Below are positions 51,159 to 60,623 of a DNA stretch of 64,000 bases, piece after piece. Under the pieces are notes generated by a model. It made no database searches. It was not told where the DNA came from and saw only the letters and a program-made list of their open reading frames with translations. The first letter of the stretch is position 1, and each line of letters starts with the position of its first letter. Source of the DNA: an uncultured Chloroflexia bacterium (GTDB taxonomy: Bacteria > Chloroflexota > Anaerolineae > Anaerolineales > DRKV01); the NCBI GenBank assembly GCA_963824065.1, contig CAWGNX010000002.1, forward strand, positions 488,794 to 552,793, in the 5' to 3' direction. The position numbers and the translations under genes are program-made.

Positions 51159-51734
51159 TCAACCCCCATTAACGCGAGCGTTCGCCTCTACCAGGTAGCC
51201 GAGCAGCCGGTCGTTGATCTCAGTTTCCCTGGTGATTTCCACCATGTGACCCAGGCGGGGCATGGCGCCCAGGCTTTTGGAAGGCAGCAGGTAGTCATCA
51301 AAAGGTTTGTCGCCCAGGTCCATGCCGACCCGGATGCGGTCTTTCATCGGCGTGGCGCAGGCGAATTCGCGCCCCACACGGAAGGAGACGTACGATTTGG
51401 CGGGTACCACGGTCAACGCGGGCAGCGCCTCCCGCAGGCGGTTTTCAAGGGTCTCGTACAAGGGGCGCAGGTCAGGCCTTTTCTCGAACAGGGCCTCCAG
51501 CATCCCGCCCATGTCGGCGTACACCGGCTTGCCGCCGTTGCGGAAAATCGCTGAAAGCATGTTGGCATAGTTGTACTGCAGGTTGTAATCCGCCCGCAGC
51601 ATGGCGATCATATCGGGGGCTTTGGTCAGCCCGCTGTCCTTGAGGACGGCCATCCAGTCCGCCAGATCCTTGCCAGTGAGGGGCACGAGCTGGGCCAGAA
51701 ATTCCTTTTCGTAATCCTGCGCTGTCTTGGTCAT
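51159..51734 (-). CDS. DUF4287/DUF5655-like protein
   Basis: Internal start MTKTAQDYEKEF...; the assignment is by overall pattern only. Confidence 0.5.
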   Translation of the reverse strand: MTKTAQDYEKEFLAQLVPLTGKDLADWMAVLKDSGLTKAPDMIAMLRADYNLQYNYANMLSAIFRNGGKPVYADMGGMLEALFEKRPDLRPLYETLENRLREALPALTVVPAKSYVSFRVGREFACATPMKDRIRVGMDLGDKPFDDYLLPSKSLGAMPRLGHMVEITRETEINDRLLGYLVEANARVNGG

Positions 51735-51953
51735 ACCGGCTGTCCTCCTTGTGTAGAACAAATGTTTGCTCACTAGTTTACCAGAATTATACTAAATTTT
51801 ACATTAATAATCTGAATATTTGTTCGGTAAATGGAACAAGCCGCGGTTTCTTCGTGCTATACTCACAATGGCTGGTGTTAAACACCAGCTGATCCCGGGC
51901 GGTGGTGGTGAACTACCGGGAAAACGTAAGCAATGTATATACCGGGGGAATGG

Positions 51954-53333
51954 ATGGAAAACCTGGGTTTTCCTGGCATAGCAATCCAGCGTGCGCGCCG
52001 GCTGCTCGTCGCCTGCGGCGTGATGATGGGCAGCCTGAGCTGTCTTGCTGCCTTGCTGTTGTTGGTCGTCCCGTCCGAAAATCCGACCCTGATCCTGCCG
52101 GGCATCACAGTAATTGCCCTGGGTTTACTGGGGTTGCCGGTTGTTGCACTGGTAAGCCTATACCGCGGCATCCCCAGCGTGCAGGAAAAAAAAGAGATTG
52201 AACAGCGGCTCTCTCAGGTCTCATCTGAGCTGGAACAGGCTCAGAAAGATCCACAGCTCCGTGATCGTGTTCCTGCGGTTCAGCATCGAAAGCAGCGTAT
52301 CCAGGCGCAGTTCGTTCCTTATCAGGAGCTCAGCTTTGCAAGCTATTTGCGCATAGTTGTGACCTCGTTAAACACTGCTGTTATCAAGGTTGGTGCGCTA
52401 TTCATCTCCCTGGGCGGGCTCGCGGCCTGCTGTGCGGTTGGCTACAGCTTGCTTGCCGCCAGCGATTCGGCTGCAGATGTGCCTCCAGTTGATCGCCCGC
52501 ACATTGGTCTGGCTGTTTCTCCCAGCGCAGCGCCCATCCGGCTAACGGCTACTCCCACAAACAGCGTGACGGCTACCGTGCTTCCAACCCGGACTGCCTC
52601 AATCACTTCCACCCCGGTGCTTTTCACCGCGGTGGCATCTACCGCAGTGGATTTCACCGCTGTGCCTTCTGCCACTGCCACAATGACTCCCCTTCCGGCT
52701 CAGGTGGTGGCTGGTAGTGCCTGCCTGCAGGGAACCCCGCAGGAGGCCGATCTGCTTAGCGTGCTGGACGGAGACACAATCGAAGTGCGCCTGCTGGAGG
52801 ACCAGCAGGTGTACCGCCTGCGCTACATCGGCATCGATTCTCCCGAATCCGGAGCGCCTTTCGCGGCTGAAGCCGCCGCAGCCAATGCCCGGATGGTGGC
52901 AGGGCAGCTGCTGCTCCTTTTCCGGGATGTCTCGCAGGTGGATCGCTACGGGCGGCTGCTGCGCTACGTGGTGGCGGGAGAAATTTTTGTTAATTACGAG
53001 CTGACCCGCCAGGGGCTTGCCTCGCCGGTAAATTTCCCGCCCGACGAGGCCTGTGCCAGCACATTTTTACAGGCCGAAGGGGATGCCAGGGCGGACCAGG
53101 CCGGCTGGTATGCGCCTGGCGTTGTGAATCCATTTAGCCCGGCTGGGTCCGCCCCAGCTGGAGGCGAGGGCGGCAGCCGGCCGGGCTGCTCACCCGCTTA
53201 CCCAGACATCTGCCTGCCACCACCGCCGCCCGACCTGGACTGCGCAGATGTGCCGGCGCGCCGCTTCCGGGTGCTGCCACCCGATCCACACCATTTTGAC
53301 GGGGATGGGGACGGGATCGGGTGCAAATCCTGA
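51954..53333 (+). CDS. Membrane-anchored staphylococcal-nuclease-like (SNase) protein with C-terminal Excalibur Ca-binding motif
   Basis: Two or three hydrophobic helices and a Thr/Ala-rich linker. SNase core: VLDGDTIEV...YRLRYIGIDSPE...DRYGRLLRYV. C-terminus: DLDCADV...FDGDGDGIGC. Confidence 0.75.
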   Translation: MENLGFPGIAIQRARRLLVACGVMMGSLSCLAALLLLVVPSENPTLILPGITVIALGLLGLPVVALVSLYRGIPSVQEKKEIEQRLSQVSSELEQAQKDPQLRDRVPAVQHRKQRIQAQFVPYQELSFASYLRIVVTSLNTAVIKVGALFISLGGLAACCAVGYSLLAASDSAADVPPVDRPHIGLAVSPSAAPIRLTATPTNSVTATVLPTRTASITSTPVLFTAVASTAVDFTAVPSATATMTPLPAQVVAGSACLQGTPQEADLLSVLDGDTIEVRLLEDQQVYRLRYIGIDSPESGAPFAAEAAAANARMVAGQLLLLFRDVSQVDRYGRLLRYVVAGEIFVNYELTRQGLASPVNFPPDEACASTFLQAEGDARADQAGWYAPGVVNPFSPAGSAPAGGEGGSRPGCSPAYPDICLPPPPPDLDCADVPARRFRVLPPDPHHFDGDGDGIGCKS

Positions 53334-53336
53334 TTT

Positions 53337-53378
53337 TTATCCACATGATCTGCCGCAGTTATCCACAGTTTATCCACA
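53337..53378 (+). promoter_or_regulatory. Three perfect DnaA boxes (TTATCCACA) in direct orientation
   Basis: Boxes at 53337-53345, 53359-53367 and 53370-53378, read directly. They lie in the 55-bp gap between the nuclease stop and the next start (53389). Confidence 0.6.
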
Positions 53379-53388
53379 ATTTTGAACT

Positions 53389-53874
53389 ATGCTGAGTCTC
53401 ACATCCCATGGAGAGGCGGCTTTGCAGGAATCCAAACGGCTATTCCCCCCTGCTTACCTGCTTGGCACGCTGCTGGTGATGCTGGGCCTGTACCGTTTCT
53501 TCCCGGTTACAACCCTGCTGCCCATCCCGTGGAACCTGGCGGGCACTTTGCTGCTAATCGTGGGAATCATCTTGAACCTGCAGGGTGCGGGGCTTTTCCA
53601 GGCTGCCGGTACCACCATCCGCCCCGGCGAATCATCAGCTGCCCTGGTGACGCATGGGGTGTACCGGTTGAGCCGCAACCCGATGTACCTGGGGTTTGTG
53701 CTTATCCTCCTGGGAGCAGCCGGGCTGCTGGGTGCCTTGACGCCGTTCTTCACCATCCCCTGGTTTCTATTCCTCATTCAGCAGCGCTTTATCCTGGCTG
53801 AAGAACGCATGCTGTCAGAGCGCTTTAGCGCCGCGTACAACGCTTACTGCCTGCGGGTGCGGCGCTGGATCTAA
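53389..53874 (+). CDS. Isoprenylcysteine carboxyl methyltransferase / phospholipid methyltransferase family membrane protein
   Basis: LVTHGVYRLSRNPMYLGFVLILLG motif; 4-5 hydrophobic helices. Confidence 0.75.
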   Translation: MLSLTSHGEAALQESKRLFPPAYLLGTLLVMLGLYRFFPVTTLLPIPWNLAGTLLLIVGIILNLQGAGLFQAAGTTIRPGESSAALVTHGVYRLSRNPMYLGFVLILLGAAGLLGALTPFFTIPWFLFLIQQRFILAEERMLSERFSAAYNAYCLRVRRWI

Positions 53875-53914
53875 CCAGTGCGGGACTCGGAAATTTACTA
53901 TTCAGCCTGCGCAC

Positions 53915-54280
53915 TCAGGGTTGGGATAGCCATTCCAGGGCAGATCCGGGCGCCGCGAACACGCGGAAATCCGAGCCGCGATTCGTTTCGAGCATAAAGT
54001 CCGGGAATTTTCCGTGGCTGGTTTGTTCTTCATTCGCCACCAGGGCGGCCCGGATGCTGTAGTTGCTAAATTTCAGCAGGATTTCCCCTGCCAGGCGGGT
54101 GGAGAGATCGAAAAAATCCGGGCTCAGCGCCTCGGCATGCAGCAGCAGGCGGTCGGTTGCGTTCTCTCCGCATAATCCCACCAGATCAACGGCGTCGCGC
54201 TCGCTGGCGATCACGCCAGGAGACCAGCGGATGATTTCGAGTACAAATCGCCCATTTATATCGTGCAGGACAGTTTGCAT
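53915..54280 (-). CDS. DUF4180 domain protein
   Basis: FFDLSTRLAGEILLKFSNYSIRAALV...FPDFMLETNRGSDFRVF pattern. Confidence 0.55.
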   Translation of the reverse strand: MQTVLHDINGRFVLEIIRWSPGVIASERDAVDLVGLCGENATDRLLLHAEALSPDFFDLSTRLAGEILLKFSNYSIRAALVANEEQTSHGKFPDFMLETNRGSDFRVFAAPGSALEWLSQP

Positions 54281-54395
54281 AGTAATTTGCCTGTTGGTTC
54301 CTTGACCGCACACGGAAGGTTTTCAGCGCGCCTGGCTCTCGTGAAGGAGCTATCGGGCGCAGCGGATCCGCGGCAGGGATAAAATACCCGGAGAT

Positions 54396-54872
54396 TCAGC
54401 TGGAAGCTGGCAGCACGAGGACGACTGCATCCACCTCATTTTCCATCAAAAAGCGCTTGATCTCCTGGAATCCATGACGCAGAAACAGTTCCAGCACAGG
54501 ATCGGAGGCGGTTTCGCGCACCCACAGCAGGCGTGCCTGCTGGGCAGCTGGCTCGGCGAGCAGCGTTTCCAACAACGCATCGCCCAGTGTGCCGTGCGGG
54601 GGGCAATCTGCGCACAATTCCTGCCAGGCGCCGACCACGAACAGGCGAAATTCGCAGTCCTGCGGGCCTTCTTCCAGGGCGATGTATGCCGCCAGATGCT
54701 CATCCTGGCCGGCGAGCACGTATTCGATCCGCCGGCGCCCGGTGGACGCATGTGCCTGTCTGAATTCAACCCACTCCTCGTTTTCGGCCTCAAAGCCGGG
54801 CAGGGCGCGGTTGGCAGCCGCCAGGATCTCAGGCCAGTCGGTTGAACGGACGGCGCGCAGGGGAATGCTCAT
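54396..54872 (-). CDS. GNAT-like acetyltransferase (weak)
   Basis: IRAVRSTDWPEIL...YIALEE...LWVRE...LFLRHGFQEI layout. Confidence 0.45.
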   Translation of the reverse strand: MSIPLRAVRSTDWPEILAAANRALPGFEAENEEWVEFRQAHASTGRRRIEYVLAGQDEHLAAYIALEEGPQDCEFRLFVVGAWQELCADCPPHGTLGDALLETLLAEPAAQQARLLWVRETASDPVLELFLRHGFQEIKRFLMENEVDAVVLVLPASS

Positions 54873-55371
54873 CGGTACCCTCCTTTAACAAACCAGCAAA
54901 GCCGGGCAGGCAGGTGAATTCTGAGTGTGTCGGCAAGATTACCGATCATCATAGCGGCGTTTGTGAGCAGCCACAGGGGCAGCATCTGCTATCAAATCCG
55001 CGTAAATTTTTCCGCGGGGAAGTGAAATTAAGCCAATGACCTGCTGCCCCAGCCTGCACAGCGCGCTGCACTCCGGCTGCCAGCCAATAAAGGCGGAGAA
55101 CTGGCCTTGGGCAGTTTCTCCTGACATGAGTGATCACTTTCTAAAGCCAGTGATCCGGTCATGCCGGTCGGGCTGCATTCCGACCTGCTCCGGGTTCTGG
55201 ACCTCCACCGGGCATAAGCGGTTGGGTTGGTTATAAACGCAGTGGTGGCGACGGGGACGTGCGTGAAGCATTGAGAGCGGTTCGACCAGGGTCAATACAC
55301 CGGGATGAGTTTGAAAATCATACCCAGCAAAAATCGTTTGCACCTTTATGCATGCTGCCATCAACATCTTC

Positions 55372-55902
55372 TCACTCAGCCGCGAGCGGCAGGCGTTCCA
55401 GGGTTTGAACCGTTTTGTGATTAAAGCTGGCGACAGCCAGCTGGCACACCCGCCCCCGGATGGAAAAACCATTGCTGTTCCAGTGGTCAACCATTTCCAG
55501 GCATTCCTGCGCGTCCCGGGAATTCCCCACGCTGAGACCGGGGATGAAGTCCAAATTCAGCGGACGGGAAGACTGCAGGCTGCCGCGGTAGAGTTGGTAG
55601 TGCAGGCGGACAAAACGGCTCAAACCTTCATCGGGGATCAGGGAAGTCTGATAGTTTTCACTGAAGGCATCTTTTGTAACGACCGCGCTGCGCAGCTCAA
55701 AATCAAACTGGCGGAAACCAGAAGCCCGCAGGGCAACTTCACGGATATAGGTCTGCGGCTCCCAACCGTAGACCGCAAATACGAGCGCAAAATGCGGGCC
55801 AACCCGCCGGTAATATGTTTCATCGTGCAGCAGGCGGTAATCCTGGATCAGCTTTAGGTCAGAAGCAGCCAATTCTGGATACGCGATCACAAGAAGGGTC
55901 AT
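55372..55902 (-). CDS. Hypothetical protein (faint, degenerate 2H-phosphoesterase-like pattern)
   Basis: 176-aa ORF. GPHFALVF and FIPGLSVG occupy the positions of the two HxT/S motifs, but the second lacks His. Confidence 0.45.
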   Translation of the reverse strand: MTLLVIAYPELAASDLKLIQDYRLLHDETYYRRVGPHFALVFAVYGWEPQTYIREVALRASGFRQFDFELRSAVVTKDAFSENYQTSLIPDEGLSRFVRLHYQLYRGSLQSSRPLNLDFIPGLSVGNSRDAQECLEMVDHWNSNGFSIRGRVCQLAVASFNHKTVQTLERLPLAAE

Positions 55903-55990
55903 GAAGAATTCTCCATGGCAGCAGCAAAACCTGGGTGCGTTCCGGGAGGCTGCCTGTCCCGAACGCTAGAATTTCCCAACAGAGCTGAGG

Positions 55991-56824
55991 CTAACGCAAA
56001 CCGGCAAACAAGTCGTTTTCTAGCTGCCTGCCGCCGTTTACCAAGCTGAACACCCGGTAAAATGCACCGTCCGACAGCAAAGCTGCCAGAATTTTTTCAT
56101 CGAGGTCGGCCAAAGCGCGCAGGTTCGGCAGCTGGGTTTGGTGGCACAAAATGGCATTCCAGGCCGTACGCCAGTGTTCCCTAACCGGGATCCGGCAGCT
56201 GAGCATCCACTCCTCCCAACCGATGTGGCTCCGGATGACGCCATCCACATCCATCGAAACCCCACCGAACACCGTTTCGACCAGTTTGACCAGCCTGCGG
56301 CTGTCCACCAGATAGTAGAATTTGGAAACCCGGTGGGACGGAAGACCGCTGCCGGCCAGGTCATTTGGATCCGCAGCTCTCAACAGCGCGGCGTGGGTAA
56401 GCTGGCTGATGGCGATGTGGTCGGGATGCCCGTAATGCCCATCTGGACTGAAAGTAACCACAACCTGGGGGCGGATCTGGCGCAGGAAGTTTGAAATGTG
56501 CCCGCTGGCTTCCAGGGGATCTGCCTGGTCCAACTCGCCATCTACGTAGCCAAGCATGCTCACCGAGGAAATCCCCAACACACGGGCTGCATTTTGCAGC
56601 TCCCGCTCGCGCAGGATGCCAAGGGTTTGCTGGCCTGGGTTGGGTTCTGGCACGCCGAACCAGCCGCGCTCGCCACGCGTGGCGGTCAACAGGTGGACTT
56701 TGACACCCTCCGAGGCATAATAGGAAATCACACTTCCCATTCCGAGCGTCTCGTCATCAGGGTGGGCTAGAACTATCAGCAGGGTCAGAGATTGGTTGTG
56801 GTCCATTTGACTGACCTGGGGCAA
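55991..56824 (-). CDS. PIG-L/LmbE-family deacetylase
   Basis: LLIVLAHPDDETLGMG and HPDH motifs. Confidence 0.8.
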   Translation of the reverse strand: MPQVSQMDHNQSLTLLIVLAHPDDETLGMGSVISYYASEGVKVHLLTATRGERGWFGVPEPNPGQQTLGILRERELQNAARVLGISSVSMLGYVDGELDQADPLEASGHISNFLRQIRPQVVVTFSPDGHYGHPDHIAISQLTHAALLRAADPNDLAGSGLPSHRVSKFYYLVDSRRLVKLVETVFGGVSMDVDGVIRSHIGWEEWMLSCRIPVREHWRTAWNAILCHQTQLPNLRALADLDEKILAALLSDGAFYRVFSLVNGGRQLENDLFAGLR

Positions 56825-57252
56825 AAGTTAAGCCTTTTATTTGGCTGGCATCGCGCGGCTGTTGCTCGTGTTACGCCTGACCGGAAAGAATCCGTCAAAT
56901 TGGGTTTGCCTGCGCAATTTATCCCGGCTGCCGCCACGGCGATTTCCCAGGCCTTCGCCCACGAGGGCACACGGACACACGAAGCGTGATGGCTAAGTAC
57001 CTGCCAGCAAACTGCGGTTGAATAAACCCGGCTGCTGGAATGCCTCGCGTCAGGCTGCTGTCCCAACCGGGAGGCCACCAGCTGATGGTTGGCAGCTCCC
57101 GCGGAAGATCCTATTTATATATTGTAGGTAAATTTTCTCCAAAATCAACTGCCGATTTTGAGAGGTCAGGTCATTCGAGCGTAAATGGGCAATATAACGT
57201 GTTTGGGTAGGCTCAGGTGGTCGCGGCCTGATATTCCCATCATCATGAGAGA

Positions 57253-58305
57253 TCATGCCCGGTAGCGATTCAGCCAGACAAGTAAAGGGTGGGGCTCACC
57301 AAACACGCGGCGCACCAGTGTCGGCCACAGCCTGAGGCCAGACTGGCTGTTCGTCATTGCGATCAGGCCGCGTCCGGTGTCCGGCTCCCCAACTGCCAGG
57401 GAGTGAAAAACCTCGTTATCACCCCACTGCCAGAACAAGCGCCTGCCCTCCCATTCCGAGATGCCCCAGCCCAATCCCCAGCATAGGCCTGGAATTTGGG
57501 GCGGTGGTGGTTTGTCCGGCTGCCCGCGTTCTTTCACCAGCACCACGGGGGTGAGCATAGCCTTCCAGGTTTGTGGAGAAAGCCAGTGACCGTCCCCGGT
57601 TCCCGGTGCGAGCATCCGGGAAATGAACCTGCCGTAGGCAGCTGGCGTACAGCGCAGCGAGTAGGCAACGTTGCCTTGAACCGTCCGCTCGCGATCGACC
57701 GGCTCTTGTTTGGTGTTATAAGCAGTGGCGCAGGTCAGATCGAACTCTGGCTCCCAGACAAGGCTGGCTTCAGCGGACGCAAGCCCAAGAGGGGTGAGCA
57801 TACGAGTTTGCAGCAACGGCGCGATGGGCTGCCCGCTGATCTGCTCCACGACCTTTTGCAGGTAAACATATCCTTCACCCGAGTAGGCAAAACGGTGCCC
57901 CGTAGGGAACTCCAGCTGCAGGGGTTCACCCTCCTGAGCCCAGTTGGGCAGCCCGCTGGTGTGGCATAACACCTGCCGGGCGGTGATCAGGCGGCTGCGC
58001 GGCTCGTCCGGCAGGTAGGGAGCAGGCAGGTACTCATCCAGGGGGACATCCAGGTCCAGCAGCCCATCTTCGACCAGTTTGAGGGCGACATAGGCGAAGA
58101 GCGGCTTGGTGAGCGAGGCGGCTTCAAAGACAGTCTGGGCTCCAACCGGGATTTTCTCGTCAATTTTCGCATAGCCAAGATAATCAGACCAGAGGGTGGC
58201 GGCATGCTCCAGAACCAGGACTCCCAGCCCGGGGATCCCCAACTCATCCATCAGATCCACCAGCTCGGCCTGCAGGGCAGCGAAATCCGGAGGCGCATTG
58301 GTCAT
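57253..58305 (-). CDS. Serine hydrolase, beta-lactamase (class C/AmpC-like) family
   Basis: FEAASLTKPLFAY (SxxK), YSGEGY (YxN-like region). Confidence 0.8.
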   Translation of the reverse strand: MTNAPPDFAALQAELVDLMDELGIPGLGVLVLEHAATLWSDYLGYAKIDEKIPVGAQTVFEAASLTKPLFAYVALKLVEDGLLDLDVPLDEYLPAPYLPDEPRSRLITARQVLCHTSGLPNWAQEGEPLQLEFPTGHRFAYSGEGYVYLQKVVEQISGQPIAPLLQTRMLTPLGLASAEASLVWEPEFDLTCATAYNTKQEPVDRERTVQGNVAYSLRCTPAAYGRFISRMLAPGTGDGHWLSPQTWKAMLTPVVLVKERGQPDKPPPPQIPGLCWGLGWGISEWEGRRLFWQWGDNEVFHSLAVGEPDTGRGLIAMTNSQSGLRLWPTLVRRVFGEPHPLLVWLNRYRA

Positions 58306-58312
58306 ACGTCTC

Positions 58313-58678
58313 TCACCGGCTGATCAGTGCGCCAAACTGGACCAGCTCCAGCAGGTTGCCAGCGGGATCATAAAACCGCACCCAGCGATCGCGGCCGTTA
58401 TCTTCCACGCCCCAGGGCAGGCTGACTTTGGCTTTGACCAGGCCTGCGAGTGCAGCTTCCAGGTCGGGGACAACGAGCGCCAGTTGGGGGAATGGGTCCG
58501 GTTCATCGGAGGGCGGCGGGGCAGTTCCCTCGCGGAGCACCAGGAAGACTCCCCCAATATCAAAATGCGGAAACGAAGCCGGCAGCTCCGCTAATCCCAG
58601 GACATCGCGGTAAAAAACTCGGCCTGCTTCCAGGTCGGGCAAGCGCAGGCACAGGATGGCTTTCGGGAGTTGGGGCAT
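58313..58678 (-). CDS. VOC/glyoxalase-family protein
   Basis: The internal start MPQLPKAILCLRLPDLEAGRVFYRDVLGL... and ...RFYDPAGNLLELVQ are typical VOC beta-alpha-beta modules. Confidence 0.6.
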   Translation of the reverse strand: MPQLPKAILCLRLPDLEAGRVFYRDVLGLAELPASFPHFDIGGVFLVLREGTAPPPSDEPDPFPQLALVVPDLEAALAGLVKAKVSLPWGVEDNGRDRWVRFYDPAGNLLELVQFGALISR

Positions 58679-58953
58679 GGGGGGTCTCCTTACACCGGCT
58701 TGGAAATGTCCAGTCAGATTGTATTGTATCGTTTTTCTACCCACAAGGAGAGGTGCTGCGGCTGTCAGATAGCTTGGAACCACGGAAATCGATCAGGATG
58801 GCGGTCTGCTGTTCCCTGTTGGCATAATGGCCTGGGTGTATAATTTTTGTTCTGCCCGGATTCAGCAACATTAACAGCCAAAACGCGTAAGTTGGACAGG
58901 ATGCAGGAATTCAAGTCAGGCGGGTTCTGGCTTTTTCAAGGAGGTGTCGCTTA

Positions 58954-59451
58954 ATGAACGAGAATATCCTCATAAAATTGTTTGACCACAACAATTGGGC
59001 GAATCACCAGATCATCCAGGCTTGCTCTGCATTGAGTGATGAACAGCTCGATGCGGAACCATCATCTGCCACCGTTGGGAGCATTCGCGCTACCTTGACA
59101 CATCTTGTAAGATCACAGCATGGCTACCTCTCACTCCTGACGCTCCCCGTTAATGATCGCAGTCCTATCTCCCCGCCATTTGCCGGGCTGCAGGATGCCG
59201 CGAGCGCCAGCGGAAGTGGTTTGCTGGCTCTGGTGAGGGACGGATCCAAACTTCCGCAGGGAGCCCAACTTGAGACAAGAGATGGATACCTGGTAGAACC
59301 CTGGGTGGTTTTGCTGCAGGCCATTAACCATGCGAGCGAACACCGCGAGCAGATCTGCAGCATGCTCACCGCTCTGGGAGTCACACCTCCGGTCTTAGAT
59401 GGTTGGTCCTACGGAGAAGCCACGCATGCGCTTGTCCCGATCGAATTGTGA
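58954..59451 (+). CDS. DinB-family protein
   Basis: LFDHNNWANHQII...HLVRSQHGYL...INHASEHREQI (His triad pattern). Confidence 0.75.
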   Translation: MNENILIKLFDHNNWANHQIIQACSALSDEQLDAEPSSATVGSIRATLTHLVRSQHGYLSLLTLPVNDRSPISPPFAGLQDAASASGSGLLALVRDGSKLPQGAQLETRDGYLVEPWVVLLQAINHASEHREQICSMLTALGVTPPVLDGWSYGEATHALVPIEL

Positions 59452-59469
59452 TCGCAGCCAACGCTGCGG

Positions 59470-60009
59470 ATGGATCGTAACCGGAATGCTGCTCAGGTAG
59501 ATGTGCTGATGGACCCAAATGGTGCCTACCACGAGCAGCTCCGCTCTGGCACAACCAAGTCCTTGTTTGTTGGCCTGATGTTGGCTGGCCTCTTGTTGTT
59601 CCTCTGGCAGCTGCTGGCGGACGGCTCCAGATGGTTAATCGGCTTCTTCTCGCTGGTATTTTTGCTGTTCTTGTTTTACTCCCTCAACTACCGGACGCTT
59701 ACCATCCACCTGACCTCCGTTGCGCTGGTGTTGAAATTTGGCCTCTTCACCTGGGAAATCCCCATTGATAATATTGAAAGTCATTATTTGGACCAGACTT
59801 CCATGAGGCGGATTGGCGGGGCGGGCATTCATTTTACGCCTGTGCAAGGGCGCTACCGCGCCTTTTTTAATTTCCTGGAATTCCCAAGAGTGGTGGTTGT
59901 TCTCAAGGAGAAAAAGGGTCCTGTCGAAGAGGTTGCCTTCTCCACAAACCATCCGGATGAAATCCTGGCGCGCTTCACTCATACGGCGGGTGACACTCTT
60001 CCTGTATAA
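59470..60009 (+). CDS. Membrane protein, two TM helices plus a small soluble (PH-like?) domain
   Basis: SLFVGLMLAGLLLFLWQLL and WLIGFFSLVFLLFLFYSL helices. No catalytic motif. Confidence 0.45.
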   Translation: MDRNRNAAQVDVLMDPNGAYHEQLRSGTTKSLFVGLMLAGLLLFLWQLLADGSRWLIGFFSLVFLLFLFYSLNYRTLTIHLTSVALVLKFGLFTWEIPIDNIESHYLDQTSMRRIGGAGIHFTPVQGRYRAFFNFLEFPRVVVVLKEKKGPVEEVAFSTNHPDEILARFTHTAGDTLPV

Positions 60010-60016
60010 TGCTTGC

Positions 60017-60592
60017 ATGGTAATCATCACTGATCCCATCCTGACTGGCCCGATTGGTGTCGGAAAGACGACCACCGCTGAACTGCTGGCGGCGCGCCTG
60101 GATGTCCCGCAGGTTTCCATGGATGATCTGCGTTGGGATTATTACAATGAGCTTGGCTATGATCAAGACCTGGCGGCCCAGATCGAAGAACGGGAAGGTT
60201 TTTGGGGACTTTACCGCTACTGGAAACCCATTGAGGCCTATGCCGTCGAGCGCATCACGTCCGAGCACCGCGACTGCGTGTTTGATTTTGGCGCTGGGCA
60301 TTCCGTGTTTGAGGACAGGCGCCTTTTCCACCGCGTGCATCGCGTGCTGGCGCAGTATGCCAACCTCATCCTGCTGCTGCCCTGCCCTGACGTTACCGCA
60401 GCCCTGGAAATTTTGGCTTCCCGCGAGGAGTCGTTGCGCACCATGCAGCCAAACATCAATGAGCACTTCATGCGGCACCCGTCCAATGCGGCTCTCGCCA
60501 AACATGTAATCTACACCTGGGAAAAGACCCCCGCAGAACTTTGTGATGAGCTGTTCTTGCTGGTAAACCAGACCTGGATTCGTGATGGCTGA
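60017..60592 (+). CDS. P-loop kinase-like protein (shikimate/adenylate-kinase-like fold)
   Basis: ATG at 60017. MVIITDPILTGPIGVGKTTTAELLAARL (Walker A). Confidence 0.6.
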   Translation: MVIITDPILTGPIGVGKTTTAELLAARLDVPQVSMDDLRWDYYNELGYDQDLAAQIEEREGFWGLYRYWKPIEAYAVERITSEHRDCVFDFGAGHSVFEDRRLFHRVHRVLAQYANLILLLPCPDVTAALEILASREESLRTMQPNINEHFMRHPSNAALAKHVIYTWEKTPAELCDELFLLVNQTWIRDG

Positions 60593-60623
60593 CCAACCTG
60601 TGTAAATTGAGCGAGGCTCCAAG

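Noticed and set aside
52480-52700. Repetitive-looking Thr/Ala/Val-rich stretch (TAV..FTAV..) as a DNA tandem repeat
   Set aside because: It is a low-complexity linker inside the SNase-family ORF, with only short imperfect codon-level reiteration.
53337-53378. The DnaA-box trio as the chromosomal origin (oriC)
   Set aside because: The intergenic gap is only 55 bp, has no AT-rich unwinding tract and no flanking dnaA, dnaN or other replication genes. A regulatory or titration cluster is the more economical reading. GC skew would need the whole genome.
54873-55371. Small ORFs between the GNAT-like gene and 55372..55902 (54939..55127, 54949..55137, and 55134..55490 with an internal ATG at 55367)
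   Set aside because: They have no motifs, overlap one another in different frames and have weak start contexts. The evidence is not enough to call any of them.
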